DNA of 64,000 nucleotides, taken from positions 10,788,001-10,852,000 of the forward strand of contig NC_073411.1 in the NCBI RefSeq assembly GCF_028641065.1, written 5' to 3'. This stretch comes from Leucoraja erinacea. Lineage: Eukaryota. Numbering within the stretch: the stretch's first letter is position 1; every line of letters begins with the position of its first letter. The translations under genes were made by a program, and so were the position numbers. Shown here in pieces: positions 35,084 to 50,000 of this stretch. The notes under the pieces were generated by a model that was not told the origin of the DNA, did no database searches, and was given only the letters and a program-made list of their open reading frames with translations.

Positions 35084-38000
35084 GTCCTGTTCAAACATTG
35101 CCTTAATCTCAGGAATTTATCATTTTGATGCTCATAAAAGTTATTTTGTGTCATTTTTAAAAAGAAAAGATGAGGAATGTTCTTGAGATGAGATGATTGG
35201 CAAATCTCCAATACATATATTGTAAAAAAAAAGCAAGATGCTGGAGCACCTCGGCATGTCAGACAGCATTTGAGTTTAGTTTATTGTCGGGTACAGTGAA
35301 AAGCTTTTGTTGTGTGCTAACCAGTCTGCCCAAAGAGAATAATGATTCTGAGCATCTGTGGATCCACAGGGAGATCGTCCTACCACAACCAGAGAGCAGT
35401 GCTGAACTACTATCTACCTGTTTGGTGACCCAGAGACTATCCTTGATTGGACTTTGCTGGCTTTACCTTACACTAAACGCTATTCCTGTAAATGGCTCGG
35501 TTGTAATCATGTATTTTCTTTTGGCTGTGGATAACATGCAACAAAAGCTTTTCACTGTACCTTGACAATAAACTCAACTCAACTAAACTGAACTGAACAG
35601 GGTGAACCAGGAGCTGACAAGTGATAGGTGGATACAGGAGAGGAGAAAATGAAGAACATGGCACTTAGCGAGGGAGGGACACATATCTTAAATACTTCAA
35701 GATAAAATGGTGCTGGTACACATATCATTCCTTGCCATTGGTGTATATTGCAGATCATTGTCCTATATGCTAGTCAAGGGCCGATGCTGAATATAGTCGA
35801 TAATTCTTATTTTTTAATGTTCAGTAATCATTTTGGAACATTAACCATTTTACAGATTTTAAAATGTTGTTTTTAACTTTTTAGGGTTGCCAGAACACCA
35901 CCAGCAGGAACTGTCACATGAACATTCATACAATGCTTTCTTAATGTATAAGAAAGCATTCTACATATGTGTCCCTCCCTTGCTCTATTTATATTCCACT
36001 CTCCACCAATTCCAATATTGGTTGCCAATGGTGGGGGGGAGGGTTCAGAAGCGTTAGTATGGGTGTTGTGTGTCGAAGGGACTGGTTTCCAGAGGGCTAG
36101 TATGGACATTGTCAGTCACTCAGCCCTGGTGGGCTAGCAGCTCAGTCACTTAGGCCTGGTGGGCTGGCAGCTCAGTCACTCAGGGCTGGTGGGCTGACAG
36201 CTCAGTCACTCAGGGCTGGTGGGCTGGCATTTCACTCATGGCTATTCCTTGAAATTCCATTTGAAGCAGAGTGCAGGCCACCACATTCAATTTCATAGCA
36301 TTTCAAGCAGAGTGCAGGCCACCACATTCAATTTCATAGTATTTCAAGCAGAGTTCAGGCCACCGCATTCAATTTCATAGCATCTCAAGCAGAGTGCAGG
36401 CCACTGCATTAAATGTCATAGCATTTCAAGCAGAGTGCAGGCCACCACATTCAATTTCATAGCATTTCAAGCAGAGTGCAGGCCACCAAATTGCCAAACA
36501 ATTAATTGCATTGTCATTAAGGGCTAACAAATCATTTATTGCAAGTACATTGCATACTCACAGTTCAGTTGATTCACAGCTTAGTTGTGTACTCTCCCTT
36601 GCGATCTTCCAGAGTGACTGACTCACATCCAGGCATCTGGGGTTTTATAGTCCGTTTTAGAGACTGTTACGGTTTGCTCCCACATCCCAATGATATGTGG
36701 TTTGTTAGGTTAACTGGCCACTGTAAATGTCACCGAGTGTGCAGGTGAGTGGTGGAATCTTGGGGGAGTGGATGCAAATATGTGGAGAATAAAATAGGAT
36801 TACTGTAAAATTAATGTCAGCGGGCTCTTAAAGTTGGCACTGATTTGGTGGGCCAAAATATATAATTTATTGTTCCTATGCTGCATAACTGAGTGATCTG
36901 TGTAACTTCAACTCGAAAAGAAAATTCATGACGTAATTAAGACAAATAATAAAATCCACAGCGTTTACTGTAGATGAACATATTTAGAACATGCATTATC
37001 ATTGGAAAGATGGTGAGATGTAACACTGATCATCTGGATGAGAGGAGCCCTCATGTTTGTTATGCTTGGAAGTCCAGTTGCTGGTTTGCTTAGTATTCTA
37101 TCACTGCAGACGCAAACCCCATTTTGGAGACTGGTAGTCTTGCAAAGTTATACCATAATAAAATTAACTTGGTTTCAATTTTACAGTAGGTGTGGGGGCG
37201 CTCCATGCAATCTTTGAAACTATTTTTGTTTTTCTTTTGCAGAGAATAATCCACCAACTTTTCCAAACAAATGCAACGGGTCAATTCACACAACTTCAAA
37301 ATGTGATGTCAATTCTAATTGCCTAGATTACGATGGTGCCTCTACTGCCCCTTACTCTTCCAGTGGTCTACCAAATCCTGTCCACGTATTGAACAGCACC
37401 ATGCCCACTTCGTATTCCAGACCACCTACATTCCCCAGTCAAGGGCAGCATCTGAACTCTGGTTTTCAGCCAATACTCCAGAGCTACCACCTACCACAGC
37501 CAGACAGTAAGTGTTTGATCATCTTAAATTCAGGGTGATGTTTATTCAAAAGTTCCGTCTTTGTGGAGCTCACAGAACAAGATCAAAAGTTGGAGGCCAC
37601 CTTAAATTAGATCATTAGTTTGTGTGTTTATGAACTTAGGGGCAAGGTAGGGGCGGCACGGTGGCGCAGCGGTAGAGTTCTTGGCTTACAGCGCTTGCAG
37701 CGCAGAAGACCCGCGTTCACTGCCAACTGTGGGTGCTGTCTGTACGGAGTTTGCATGTTCTCCCCGTGACCCTGTGGGTTTTCTCCAAGATCTTCAGTTT
37801 AAATGGAATTCATTTTGAACAGCTTCCTGATTTGAGCAGTGTTTTCTTTTGAGACGTTTGAGTGGTTCTAAATGCTTCCTGGTTTTATTCCCTGGTACAT
37901 TGTGGGGCATATGGTAATTACTTTATACAGTTTATTGACCTGCCGTAAGCATGTTTATATCCAGGGCGATGTGCTCTTACGTTGAGTTTGGGTCCTTGGT

Positions 38001-41000
38001 TATTGTGATGTTTTATGGAATGTTACAAATCTAAAATGATGAATTACTTTAAGGCATTTCATCTCAATGAGGTTCATTGAGAAACTATGAATGTCAAATG
38101 CATTGGTTTATTGGGGCAGCACAACTAGCAAAGCTGCCTCTTCGTGCCTCCAGAGACCTGGGTTTGATGCTGACCTCGGATGCTATCTGTGTGGAGTTCA
38201 CATCTTGTGCCTCTGACCGCATGGGCTTCATTCAGTTGCTTTGGTTTCCTCCCACAATCCAAAGATGTGTGGGTCGGTAGACTTATTGGCCACTATAATT
38301 GCCCTCTAATTTGTAGGTGAGTTATGGCGTTGGGGCCAGTTAATTAAATTTAATCAGGAGTGGATACTTGGAATGAAAAGTGAAATCTCTACCGAAATGG
38401 AAATAATCTCAGCGTTTCTGCTTCTGGTGTTGGCGTAGCAACAAATCAAAGGCTNNNNNNNNNNNNNNNNNNNNNNNNNNNNNNNNNNNNNNNNNNNNNN
38501 NNNNNNNNNNNNNNNNNNNNNNNNNNNNNNNNNNNNNNNNNNNNNNNNNNNNNNNNNNNNNNNNNNNNNNNNNNNNNNNNNNNNNNNNNNNNNNNNNNNN
38601 NNNNNNNNNNNNNNNNNNNNNNNNNNNNNNNCAGATTCTGTTTCCATGCAGCATTGCATCATTAACGCAGACATCTGGTCAGACATCCAATTGGACATTC
38701 TGAATCTAAATAATTATTTTCTCAGGATGGAAATATCAAATATCAGAGGGCGTAGTTTTAAGGCGAGAGGAGCAAATTTTGAAGGAGATGTGTGGGGCAA
38801 GTTTTTTTTACACAGATTGAGTGAGCTGCCATGGATGGTGGTGGAGGCAGATATGATTATCACATTGAAGAGACCATTGGATGGGTACATGGGGGAATGG
38901 AGAGATATGGATTATGTGGCAGGCAGATAAGAGTTGATCTTGACATCATGTTCAGCATTGACGGGTCGATGGGCCTGTTCCTGTGCATTCTGTTCTGTTC
39001 TATGTTCTAAAGTGGAAATTTTCAACCACCATGTGAGATAAAGCAGTTTGTACATTCAAATGTACTGTTTTCTTTTTCAACAACTTCCCTTCCTCAGGTT
39101 CTCAAACACCAAGTCACAAACTATACGGTCCTTTCATCACTGGAGCAGGAGAGGGTACTGTTCATTCAGACCCTGCAACTGCAGCTGAACCTGTAAGTAG
39201 ATCTAATGTGAACCTGTGGACTTGGACCATTGGGTCTCCTCAACATTGCAGCTCACCCTAACCACACGACTCTGATGTTAGCAGTTACATTAAGAGTAAC
39301 TCTATAAAGCCGGTTGGGGTGAGGATGAAATAGGTGGGAGGCCTTGATGAGAAAATGCACCAAATAGCAACTAAGAATGTGTAGGAGGGAACTGCAGATG
39401 CTGGTTTACACTGAGGATGGACACAAAATGCTGACGTAACTCAGTGGGACAAGCAGCATCTATGGGTAGAAGGAGGAATGGGTGACATTTCAGGTTGAGA
39501 TCCTTCTTCAGACTGAGTCAGGGGAGAGGGAGACACAGAGATATGGAAGGGTAAGGAGTGAAGATGAGGACAAAGCTCCAGGAAAAAGTAGACTAGATCA
39601 TTGGTCGATAGGGGAAGGTGACAATGGAGTAAGATTATTGGCCAAGTATTCACATACAAGGAATTTGTCTTGATGCTCCGCCCACAAGTAACAACATGAC
39701 ATACAGTGACAGTTACGAATGACTCAGAAAACACTAAACATTATTAATAATAAAACATTAATGGGAATTAAGATGCAAGGCACTGAAGATCTCATTGAAT
39801 GGCAGAGCACCCTCAAATGCAGGAACAATCTTACATTTCAATGTTCCTATAATCTGAAAAAATTGTATTCCTCATGCAAGATAAGTTGTATCATAGGGGT
39901 TGAATAATAAAATCGATCATATCATGACTATTTTCAGAAATAGATAGATAGATAGCCTTTTATTGTCATTCAGACTTAGTCTGAACGAAATTGCAGCAGT
40001 CATACATATAATACAATACAATAAAACAACAATAAACACACATTAACATCCACCACAGTGAGTCCACCCAGCATCTCCTCACTGTGATGGAGGCAAAAGT
40101 CTTAGGTCGCAGTCTCTTCCCTCCCCTTCTCCCTCTGCGCTGGGGCGATATTTGTGGCAGAATTGTGGCAGAAGTTCAAAAAGTGTGATGTTTGAATTTG
40201 CCTTAGCTCTCTCACCATAAAGTCACGGAGGCATTCTGCTCGTTGATTATAATCGGATGTTGTGTCCTTGGTTTCAAAGAGCCGTCAATCGGGATCACTC
40301 GAGGAATCAGGAAATGGGATGAATCTGGATCTAATTCCCAATCCGGCAAGTAGTTCTTCTTCAGTTAGTAGAATGCAAATATTGTTGCTGTTACAAACAC
40401 CTCTATGTCAAAAGTATGCAGAGCCATTTCTACCTTCAACAGTTCTTCTTTTTGCAGCCTCGGGTAGAAGTGTTTTGGAAATTATCTTTGAGAGCTCATT
40501 TTATACCTTACTAGACCAACTCCCCCAATGGTGTGATCCCCCAACCCAATATTCCACTATGCACCCGTCTCCTCCAATGGAACTGAAGCCGTTCTCAAAA
40601 GTAAGATTCCAGCACTGCCCTGCCTCTTGAAAAAAAAATCCATTGACACCTCCCCTGCCTGCTGCAGCAGTGAAAAGTTCAGTGTTCCTGTCTTGCAACA
40701 TTGTTTTGAAGTGTGCTGGAAGCTGATAGGAAGAAGCAGCCGTCAACGAATCAAAAGGCAGGAAGGGATCCGTACTGCAGGCGGACGGATTTGAGTTTTA
40801 TATATATACCTTATGAGGGGGGGTTGGGTTGGGGGTGGGGCGGGGTGGGGGGGGGGGGGGGGGGGGGGTGTGCTGGTGAGCATTGGATAAAGATAAAGGT
40901 GCAGCCTGTAGATTCTGTGACCTCACTCACCTGAACATCCGTGAGATACTTTAAACTGCTTCCATAACATTAGTGTTACAGGAAATAATATTCATGGAAC

Positions 41001-44000
41001 TGACATACACCACTACCTCCAAAGCATTTAGAATAAAGGGGAGGCCATTTAGGACTGAGGTGAGAAAAAACTTTTTCACCCAGAGAGTTGTGAATTTGTG
41101 GAATTCCCTGCCACAGAGGACAGTGGGGGTCAAATCACTGGATGGATTTAAGAGAGAGTTGGATAGGGGCTGGTGAAATCAAGGGGTATGGAGAGAAGGC
41201 AGGCACGGGTTATTGATTGGGGACGATCAGCCATGATCACAGTGAATAGTGCTGCTAGCTCGAAGGGCCGAATGGCCTCCTCCTGCACCTATTTTCTATG
41301 TTTCTATGTATCTGTAAGACTTCCTCTCCCATTATAAAGTCAGGACAACTTTCCTCTTCCCTCCATAGATGCTACCCGACCAGCTGAGTTCCTCCAGCAC
41401 TTTGGGTCTTGTTTTGCTCAAGATTCCAGCATTTGCAGTTTCCCTTATCACGATTTCCCTATCATTTTCCATAGGGCAAATTAATGTTTATTTTCCCTAT
41501 AGGGGAAAAGATAGAATTCTTGAAGGCAAAGGATTAATCTGGTACACTTAGAATCCAACCACTGGAAAGATTCAACTTGATGGGCTTGTCCATTTCATCT
41601 TGTGTTTCCTGTATATAATGTATCATCTTACCAAATAGATGGGAGGCCTGGTTCTATTGCACAAGAATATAATGGAGCAGCACCTCATATTTCACTTGGG
41701 TAGCTTACACCCCAGCGGTATGAACATTGACTTATCCAACTTCTTTCCATCCTTGCTTTCCCTCTCCATCCCCTCCCCCTTCCCAGTTCTCCCACCAGTC
41801 TTCCTGTCTCCGACTACATTTTATCTTTGTCTGGCCCACTCCCCTGACATCGGTCTGAAGAAGGGTCTCGACCCGAAACGTCACCCATTCCTTCTCTCCA
41901 GAGATGCTGCCTGTCCCGCTGAGTTCCTCCAGCATTTTGTGTCTACCTTTCGATTTAAACCAGCATCTGCAGTTCTTTCCTACACAATGTAATGTCCTTG
42001 TTGCTTTATAGGTTCAGGTGGCAGAGAATGATAAGGAGTTGTGGGAGTCCCAGGTATTCTGTACTAACACAAGAGGACAATTACCTCCATTGAGCACAAC
42101 AAACTTCAGAGTGGAAGACCAAGGTAAATAGTACACCAACTCGTTGACCTCCACTGAAGAATGTTCAGTGACGACTAAGATTGAACGAATAAGTTTATTG
42201 GCCAAGTATTCACATACAAGGAATTTGCCTTGGTGCTCCACCCGCAAGTGACAACATGACATACAGTGACAGTTAAGAATGACACATAAAACATTAAACA
42301 GTAATAATAAATCGATTAAACATGTGAATTAAATAAAATACCAGAGCAAAAGGAGGCCACAGATTTTTGGTTATTGCGTAGAGCTACTACTCGTGGAAAA
42401 AAGCTGTGTTTATGTCTGGCTGTGGCAGCTTTGACAGTCCGGAGTCGCCTTCCAGAGGGAAGTGATTCAAAGAGTTTGTGGCCGGGGTGAGAGAGGTCAG
42501 AGATGATCTTACCCGCTCACTTCCTGGCCCTTGCAGTGTACAGTTCGTCAGTGGAGGGAAGGTTGCAGCCAATAACCTTCTCAGCTGATCGGACGATTCG
42601 CTGCAGCCTCCGGATGTCGTGCTTGGTCACGTAACCAAGTAAATGAAAGGAAAGCCACCAATATTTTAAAGGGAGTGCAAGAAAGGCCGACATAAATCTG
42701 TGAAGTGGGAAGAACAGCTAAACAAAGCAATTAATAAAGTAAATAAGATGCTAGATATCATAAATATTCTGTAGAATTATGGTGATCCAATATAGAAATG
42801 TAATGTAGTTTCAATTCAAGTATTAGAAACAAAGTGCTGGAGCAACTCAGAATGTCAGGCAGCATCTCTGGAGAACATGGATAGGTGACATTTTGAGTCG
42901 CGACCTTCTTCAGTCTAAACCCGAAATGTCACCTATCCATTTTCTCCAGCGATGCTGCCTGACCTACTGTGCCACTACAGCACTTTGTGTGTTCTGTTGT
43001 AAATCAGCATCTTCAGGGCCTGTTTCCGCACTGTATCTCTAAAATAAACTAAACTAAACTAAACATGACACCCAAGCTGCATTGTACTATGCAGTAACAT
43101 TCCAGTCTCCCTGGGGCTAAGGTACCACTGAACCTCTATACCCATATGCTGTGGAGGTTATAGTTTTGTAAACTGTGTTTTCTCCATTTTCTAGGTTTTG
43201 CCAGCCCCAGGTTTATCCGCTGTACGACATACACTTTCCCCTGCAGTCCAGAGATGGCCAAACTCTCCAATCTTCCTCTTGCTGCTGTAGTCAAACCTCT
43301 CGCTACTCTACCAGAAGGAGAGGTGAGGACTCTTGTCTTCCCACATCCTGGAACAGGCTCGCGATATCAATTCTCATGGCCTTCAGCATCACCATTGGCA
43401 ATTCAAGAATTCTCCCGTTTCCCCCTGATTCGAACTCGGAGATTTACGGTAATGGCCGCTCGTAGGTACTCAGGGCTCTCGTGGACATTTTTCGACATGT
43501 TGAAAAATCTTCACGAGCTTACCGTGTTTCCCGAGCACCTGCCGTTAGCGTTACGAGACGTCCCGAGCTCCGACATACGCGCAAAGTACATTCTACGTGC
43601 TTACTATGAGTTAGATTTTTTTTTAAACTCGGGAGAGCTCTTGAATTACCTCGTACAGTGGGACGGGCCCTTTGGTGTTGAAGGGTGGACAGGTTATCTG
43701 ACTGGTTTGTCGGATGTGTTTTTGGGAGGAGCTATGGTTTGGTCACTGAGCAATCTGCGCAAGCAGTCTCAAGGAAGGTTCTGAAGAAAGTTGATTTGGG
43801 GATGTGGCTAATTCTGGAGCCTCTGAAACTCAGTGGAACTAAGTTACACTAACTTAAGCAAAGGCTAGAAAATAAAACACTACAGCACATGAACAGGCCT
43901 TTCAGCTGACAATGTCTGTGCCGAACATGATGCCAAGATCAACTTTTATCTGCCCATGCATAATCTATATCCCTCATTTCCCAACATATCCATGTGCCCA

Positions 44001-47000
44001 TCCAAAAGTCCCAAATGCCTCTATCCTATGCCTCGAGCCTCCACCACCACCCGTGGCTGTATGTAAAGAAAACTTTTCCTTTAAACTTTGAGCAGTGGCG
44101 GACTGGGTCTAAAAATATTGGTTGCCAGGAGACAAAGGGGGCCCACTTCATCAAGGGCCCACTTGCCATCGGGCAAGCTGACACCCTGGCCAGTCCTCCA
44201 CTGACTCTGGGCCTCTCACAAAGCTATACCCTTTAGTATTTGATATTTCCATCCTGAGAAAAAAAATCTTTCTATCTGTGCCTCTCATAATTTTCAATAC
44301 TTATATCTTTTCTCCTCTCAACCTGTAGTATTCCAGAGAAAGAAAATCCAAGTTTGTCCAACCTCTCCTTACATAGAAACATAGAAAATAGGTGCAGGAA
44401 TAGGCCATTCGGCCCTTCAAGCCAGCACCGCCATTCAATATGATCATGGCTGATCATCCAAAATCAGTATCCCGTTCCGGCTCTCTCCCCATATCCATTG
44501 ATTCCCTTAGCCCTAAGAGGTAAATCTCTCTCTTAAAACATCCAGTGAATTGGCCTCCACTGCCTTCTGTGGCAGAGTATTCCACAGATTCACAACTCTC
44601 TGGGTGAAGACATTTTTCCTCGTCTCAGCCGACCTCTTATTCTTAAACTGTTCTGGTTCTGGACTCCCCCAACATGGGGAACATTTTTCCTGCATCTACC
44701 CTGTCCAATCTTCTAAGAATTTTATATGCTTCTATAAGATCCCTTTCCAAATTCCAGCGAATACAAACCCAGTGGACCCGTTCTCTCATCATATGTCAGT
44801 GCAGCCATCTCGGGAATTAACTTGGTGAACCTACGCTGCATTTCCCCAATAACAAAAATGTCCTTCCTCAAATTAGGAGACCAAAATTGCAAACATCACT
44901 CCAGGTGTAGTCTCACCAGGGCCCAGTACAACTGCAGTAGGACCTCCTTGCTCCTAAACTCAAATCCTCTGGCAATGAAGGCCAACATGCCATTAACTTT
45001 CTTCTCTGCCTGTTGTACCTGCATGCTCTCGAATCTATGCAGCATTCAAGTGAATACACTGTGGATGGCTTGGTTGTAATCATGCATTGTTTTTCCGCTG
45101 ACTGGATAGCACGCAACAAAAGAGCTTTTCATTGTACTTCAGTACATAGGAAAATACACACAACTATATTCCAATCATGTGGAGTAGAGAGGTCAGGTTG
45201 GTTATTGTGGACCGAGCGGAGGTGTTCGGCGAAACGATCGCCCAGCCTACGCTTGGTCTCACCGATATAGATCTGCTGACATCTAGAGCAGCGGATGCAA
45301 TAGATGAGGTTGGAGGAGGTGCAGGTAAACCTCTGTCGCACCTGGAACGACTGCTTGGGTCCTTGAACGGAGTCGAGGGGGGAGGTAAAGGGACAAGTGT
45401 TGCATCTCTTGCGGTTGCAAGGGAAAGTGCCCGGGGAGGGGGTGGTACGGGAGGGAAGGGAGGAATTGACAAGGGAGTTACGGAGGGAGCGGTCTTTGTG
45501 GAAGGCAGACATGGGGGGAGATGGGAAGATATGGCGAGTGGTGGGGCCATGTTGGAGGTGGCGAAACTGATGAAGGATTACTTGTTGTATGTGACGGCTG
45601 GTGGGGTGAAAGGTGAGGACTAGGGGGACATCATATTGATGTGGGATATGCAAGCTATGTGTGACTGTTGAAGAGATGTATTTTTTCTGTACTGATCGGA
45701 TGGTTGCACTTTGACTGATATTGTGTTTTGACTAAAATATAATCTCGGCAGAAATATACTAAATAGGCATGGTGAAATTTGCAAACCTGCCCACTGAGAA
45801 AATGTGTACCCGGTTTGCAAACATTTAAAAATAAAGAGTTTATTGTTTATTTTAGGCTCCTGTGCATTTGGTGGACTGTGGTGAAAGTGACCCCATACAG
45901 TGTGAGAAATGTGCAGCCTATATGTGCTCCATGATGCAGTTTCTGGACAATGGGCACACGTTTCAGTGTCCATTCTGTGATCGTATCTCACCAGGTAAGT
46001 GAGTACAGACACTATACGTCTTCATTAAAATCTGGACGATATTATTGAGTTAATATTTCTCTAGGAATTGTGAATTAGCAACTGTAGCTGACTTTTGAGA
46101 TAAATTACAAAATGTCTTTTAAGCTCCATTAAATACCACTGTTAAGGGGCTGTCCCACTTGGGCGACCTAATTGGCAAGTTTAGAAGAGTTAAAAAAAAT
46201 GGCGTATTGAAGACCTCCTTCGACTATGTTGAAGACCAGCTTCGACTATGTTGAAGACCAGCTTCGACTATGTTGAAGACCAGCTTCGACTAGCTACGAC
46301 TATCTATGACTAACTTCGGGAAAATTGGACACCAAATCGTGGAGACCTCCTTTGATCTCCTTCGACCTCCCTTCGACTATGATGAAGACTATCTACGACT
46401 TAGACTACCTTCGACTACCCTCATTTACCTACGACTAACATGCCGACCTACTACGACCTAATACGACTAAACCTACGAGTAAATAAAGTATCGATTTTTT
46501 TCCATGGCGACCTTTTTTTACTCGCGGGCATTTTTTTAACATATTGAAGAAAACACCGCGACCTAGCTGAGGCCTCGAGTACGTGGAGACCACTCTCGAG
46601 CATGAAGGAGAGTTACGAAGACCTCCTACGACCTCGTGTCGACCATGCTGCGAGTATGAGTCGAGGGCAAACTCGCCAGACCTCGCGGATTAGGTCGCCC
46701 AAGTGGGACAGGCCCTTTACCATGCAAATTCATGTCAATGCCAAATTGATGCTCCGTTGAAAAGATGTTTTTGCCCCTTTTAAAACTGACATCAAAAGGA
46801 AAAAAAGGTGTCTTGGATTGTATTCTGGTGCCTTGGAATGTAAATAGCTGTTTCATGTTGCTGTCTGTGTTTCCTTAACCAGTGCCGGATAACTACTTTC
46901 ACCCCATTGACTACACTGGGAAACGGGCCGATCGTCTTCATAGGCCAGAGCTGTCCCTGGGCTCCTACGAGTTTGTGCTACCAGAACAGCAAAGCAAGGT

Positions 47001-50000
47001 AAGCCACGGCTGAGGACAGCAGAAGGGTAGGGTCCATGGCGATCCATTCCATTCCTGCTCAGTTCACGGGGCTGCTGCAATGGCCAGACCTGAATGAATG
47101 AATGAATGAATAAGTTTATTGGCCAAGTATTCACATACAAGGAATTTGCCTTGGTGCTCCGCCCTGCAAGTGGCAACATGACATACAGTGATAGTTAGGA
47201 ATTGTAGATTGCTTATTGCATGTGAACCAATCACAGTAGAAATATCATCACTAACCCCAGCTTACTGTATGCTTTATATTAACACCCACTTCCTACACTA
47301 GGTAGTCTTGGAAGCGGTGATGATGAACTAGCAACTAACAACCTGCTGTACCGTTGTATTATGTGTATTAACTCCAGACTGTATAATATGCTTATTTACA
47401 GGAATGACACATAAAACATTAAACATTAATAATAAAATGTTTCATACTAATAAATGCCTCGCCCATTTGCTCACTGCAAGCTTTCCCATCTAAAACAAGA
47501 CGGAGTAGGTTTAGGATGAAGGGTTGGAGGTTTAGACAGGATCTGAGGAAGAACCTTTGCACCCTGAGGGTGATTGTAGTCTTTAGCGCACTGCCTGGGG
47601 GAGTGGTGGAGGTAGAGACTCTCACAAGATTTACAAAGTATGAAGAAAGGCATTTGAATTACCAAGGCTTATCAGACTATGGACGTAGTGTTGGTAAATC
47701 AGATTAGAATAGGCCAGTGTGGATGTGATCTAACAGCATGATAGGACCCGTTTCTGTGCTCTACAACTCAATAACAAATATTTCAGCATCTGCAAAGCTT
47801 TGCCCTTTAGATTAATGAAGCCATATCACGTACAGGAAAGTTCCAAAAAAATAAATGTCATCAAATAACAGTCAGAAGGAATAACTCGGCAACAAATTAA
47901 TACTTGCGACTGTAATGCATTTCGTTGTCTCTGTACTGTACACTGACAATGACAATTAAAATTGAATCTGAATCTGAATCTAATGGGGGCAACTAACTAG
48001 TTGAGTATATCTGGTTATGTTTGACTGGGAATCATGGTGAATAAAGTATTGGTTTCTCTTCTTTGCTCTTCCCACCCAGAGTGGCCGAGTTCCAGGTTCC
48101 GTGGGATTCATTTTCATGATTGATGTATCGTACAATGCGGTGAGGAGTGGCCTGCTTCACTTAGTCTGTGGCCAGTTGAAGAAAGTGGTCCATAATCTAC
48201 CAAGGTAAGGAGATGTCAGTACTGAAACTTGTCCTCGTGTGGTGATTCAACACAGCCCGTTGTAAGTACCGAAAGGTCTTTCTGATAAATGTGCTGAACT
48301 CAACACAAAGAATGTGTCTGAAGAAGGGTCTCGACCCGAAACGTCACCTATTCCTTTTCTCCAGAGATGCTGTCTGACCCGCTGAGTTGCTCCAGCTTTT
48401 TGTGTCAATCTTTGGTTTAAACCAGATTCTGCAGTTCCTTCCCACATCAGTAGCTCATCATCAGTGGCATGGTGGCACAGTGGTAGAGTTGCTGCCTTAT
48501 ACCCCCAGAGACCCGGATTCAAAATTCACTGCAGATGCTGTCTTTACGGAGTTTGTACGTTCTTCCTGTGACCTGTATGGGTTTTCTCCAGGACTCTGGT
48601 TTCCTCCCACACTCCCATGCTGTCCTTCAATTGAATTGAATCTGTACAGGCCAGTTTCCAAACCTGGTTGTTCCTCTATGAGTTCCCTGTCTCGGCTAAG
48701 TTATGGCAAACTGCCCCTCAGTGAGGGGTGTATCAGCCTTTGTTGAGCAGAGTGGCATGGTGAGTTCCTTTCACCATGCCATTATTCAACTTGAGAACCA
48801 CAGGTAGCAAACTGACTTGGCCTGGGCCACTGGAGATTGGAAACTGTTGTCAGACTCTCATTATAGAGGTGGAACATTGACAAGTGGGGTCTAAACATGT
48901 GTTCCAGATGTGTTATGTTTAAGAGCTTATTAGGATGAGCTTTTGGGTATTTAATGTGGATGTCTTCAGGTTTGGCACAAGCTGTCCCTGCTGTACTTTT
49001 TGTCTAGACAACAGGACTTCCTCTGGGGCATAATCAGATGGGAGTAAAAAAGTGCTGGTGGAACTCAACGGGTCAGGCAGCGTCTCGTTTAGTTTAGAGA
49101 TATAGCGTGGAAACAGGTCAGTCGACCCACCAAGTCCACGCTAACCAACAATCACCCGTACACTAGTTCTATCCCACACAAGGGACAATTTACAGAAGCC
49201 AATTAACCTACAAACCTGCACGTCTTTGGATTATGGATGGAAACCGGAGCACTGGGAGAAACCTACACGGACACGGGGAGAACATACAGGGAGCACCCGT
49301 GGTCAGGATCGAACTAGGGTCTCTGGCGCTGTGAGGCAGCAACTCTACCGCTGCGCTTGCATGCTGACCTCATGTTGGAACCAGAAACTTTACCTGTCCA
49401 TTCTTTCAACAGATGCAACCAGATCTGGTGAATTCCTGCAGCATTTTGTTTGTTGCCCAAGGTTGCAGCATCTGCAGTCTCGTGTGTCACTATGTAACTA
49501 GTTGCGTGTTTAATTGTTCTACAGGGAGCCCGGGGTTGAGGAGTCGGCTGTGAGAGTGGGATTCCTAACGTACAACAATGTTCTACATTTCTACAACGTG
49601 AAAAGCTCTCTGGTTCAGCCACAGATGATAGTGATGACTGACTTCTCCGATATGACAACACCGATGTTTGATGGATTCCTGGTCAACGTGAAGGATTCTG
49701 CTGCTCTTATCAACAAGTAAGAGCAAGGGCCTGGGAACCGGCACAAAGACATGGGAACTGGCACACTGCAGCTAAGAAATAACTGAGCATAGCAAAAGAA
49801 CTGAGCGACACAGTGGCGCAGCAGTAGAGTTGCTGCCTTACAGCGCCAGAGACCCGGGTTCGATCCTGGCCACGGGTTCTGTCTGTATGGAGTCTGTACG
49901 TTCTCCCCGTGACCTGTGTGGGTTTTCTCCAGGATCTCCGGTTTCCTCCCACACTCCAAAGACGTACAGGTTTGTCGGTAAATTGGCTTGGTATAATTTT

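Noticed and set aside
43254-43784. 176-aa ORF
   Set aside because: Only the first 23 codons belong to SEC24-like exon 5; the rest is read-through into the intron and a MITE.
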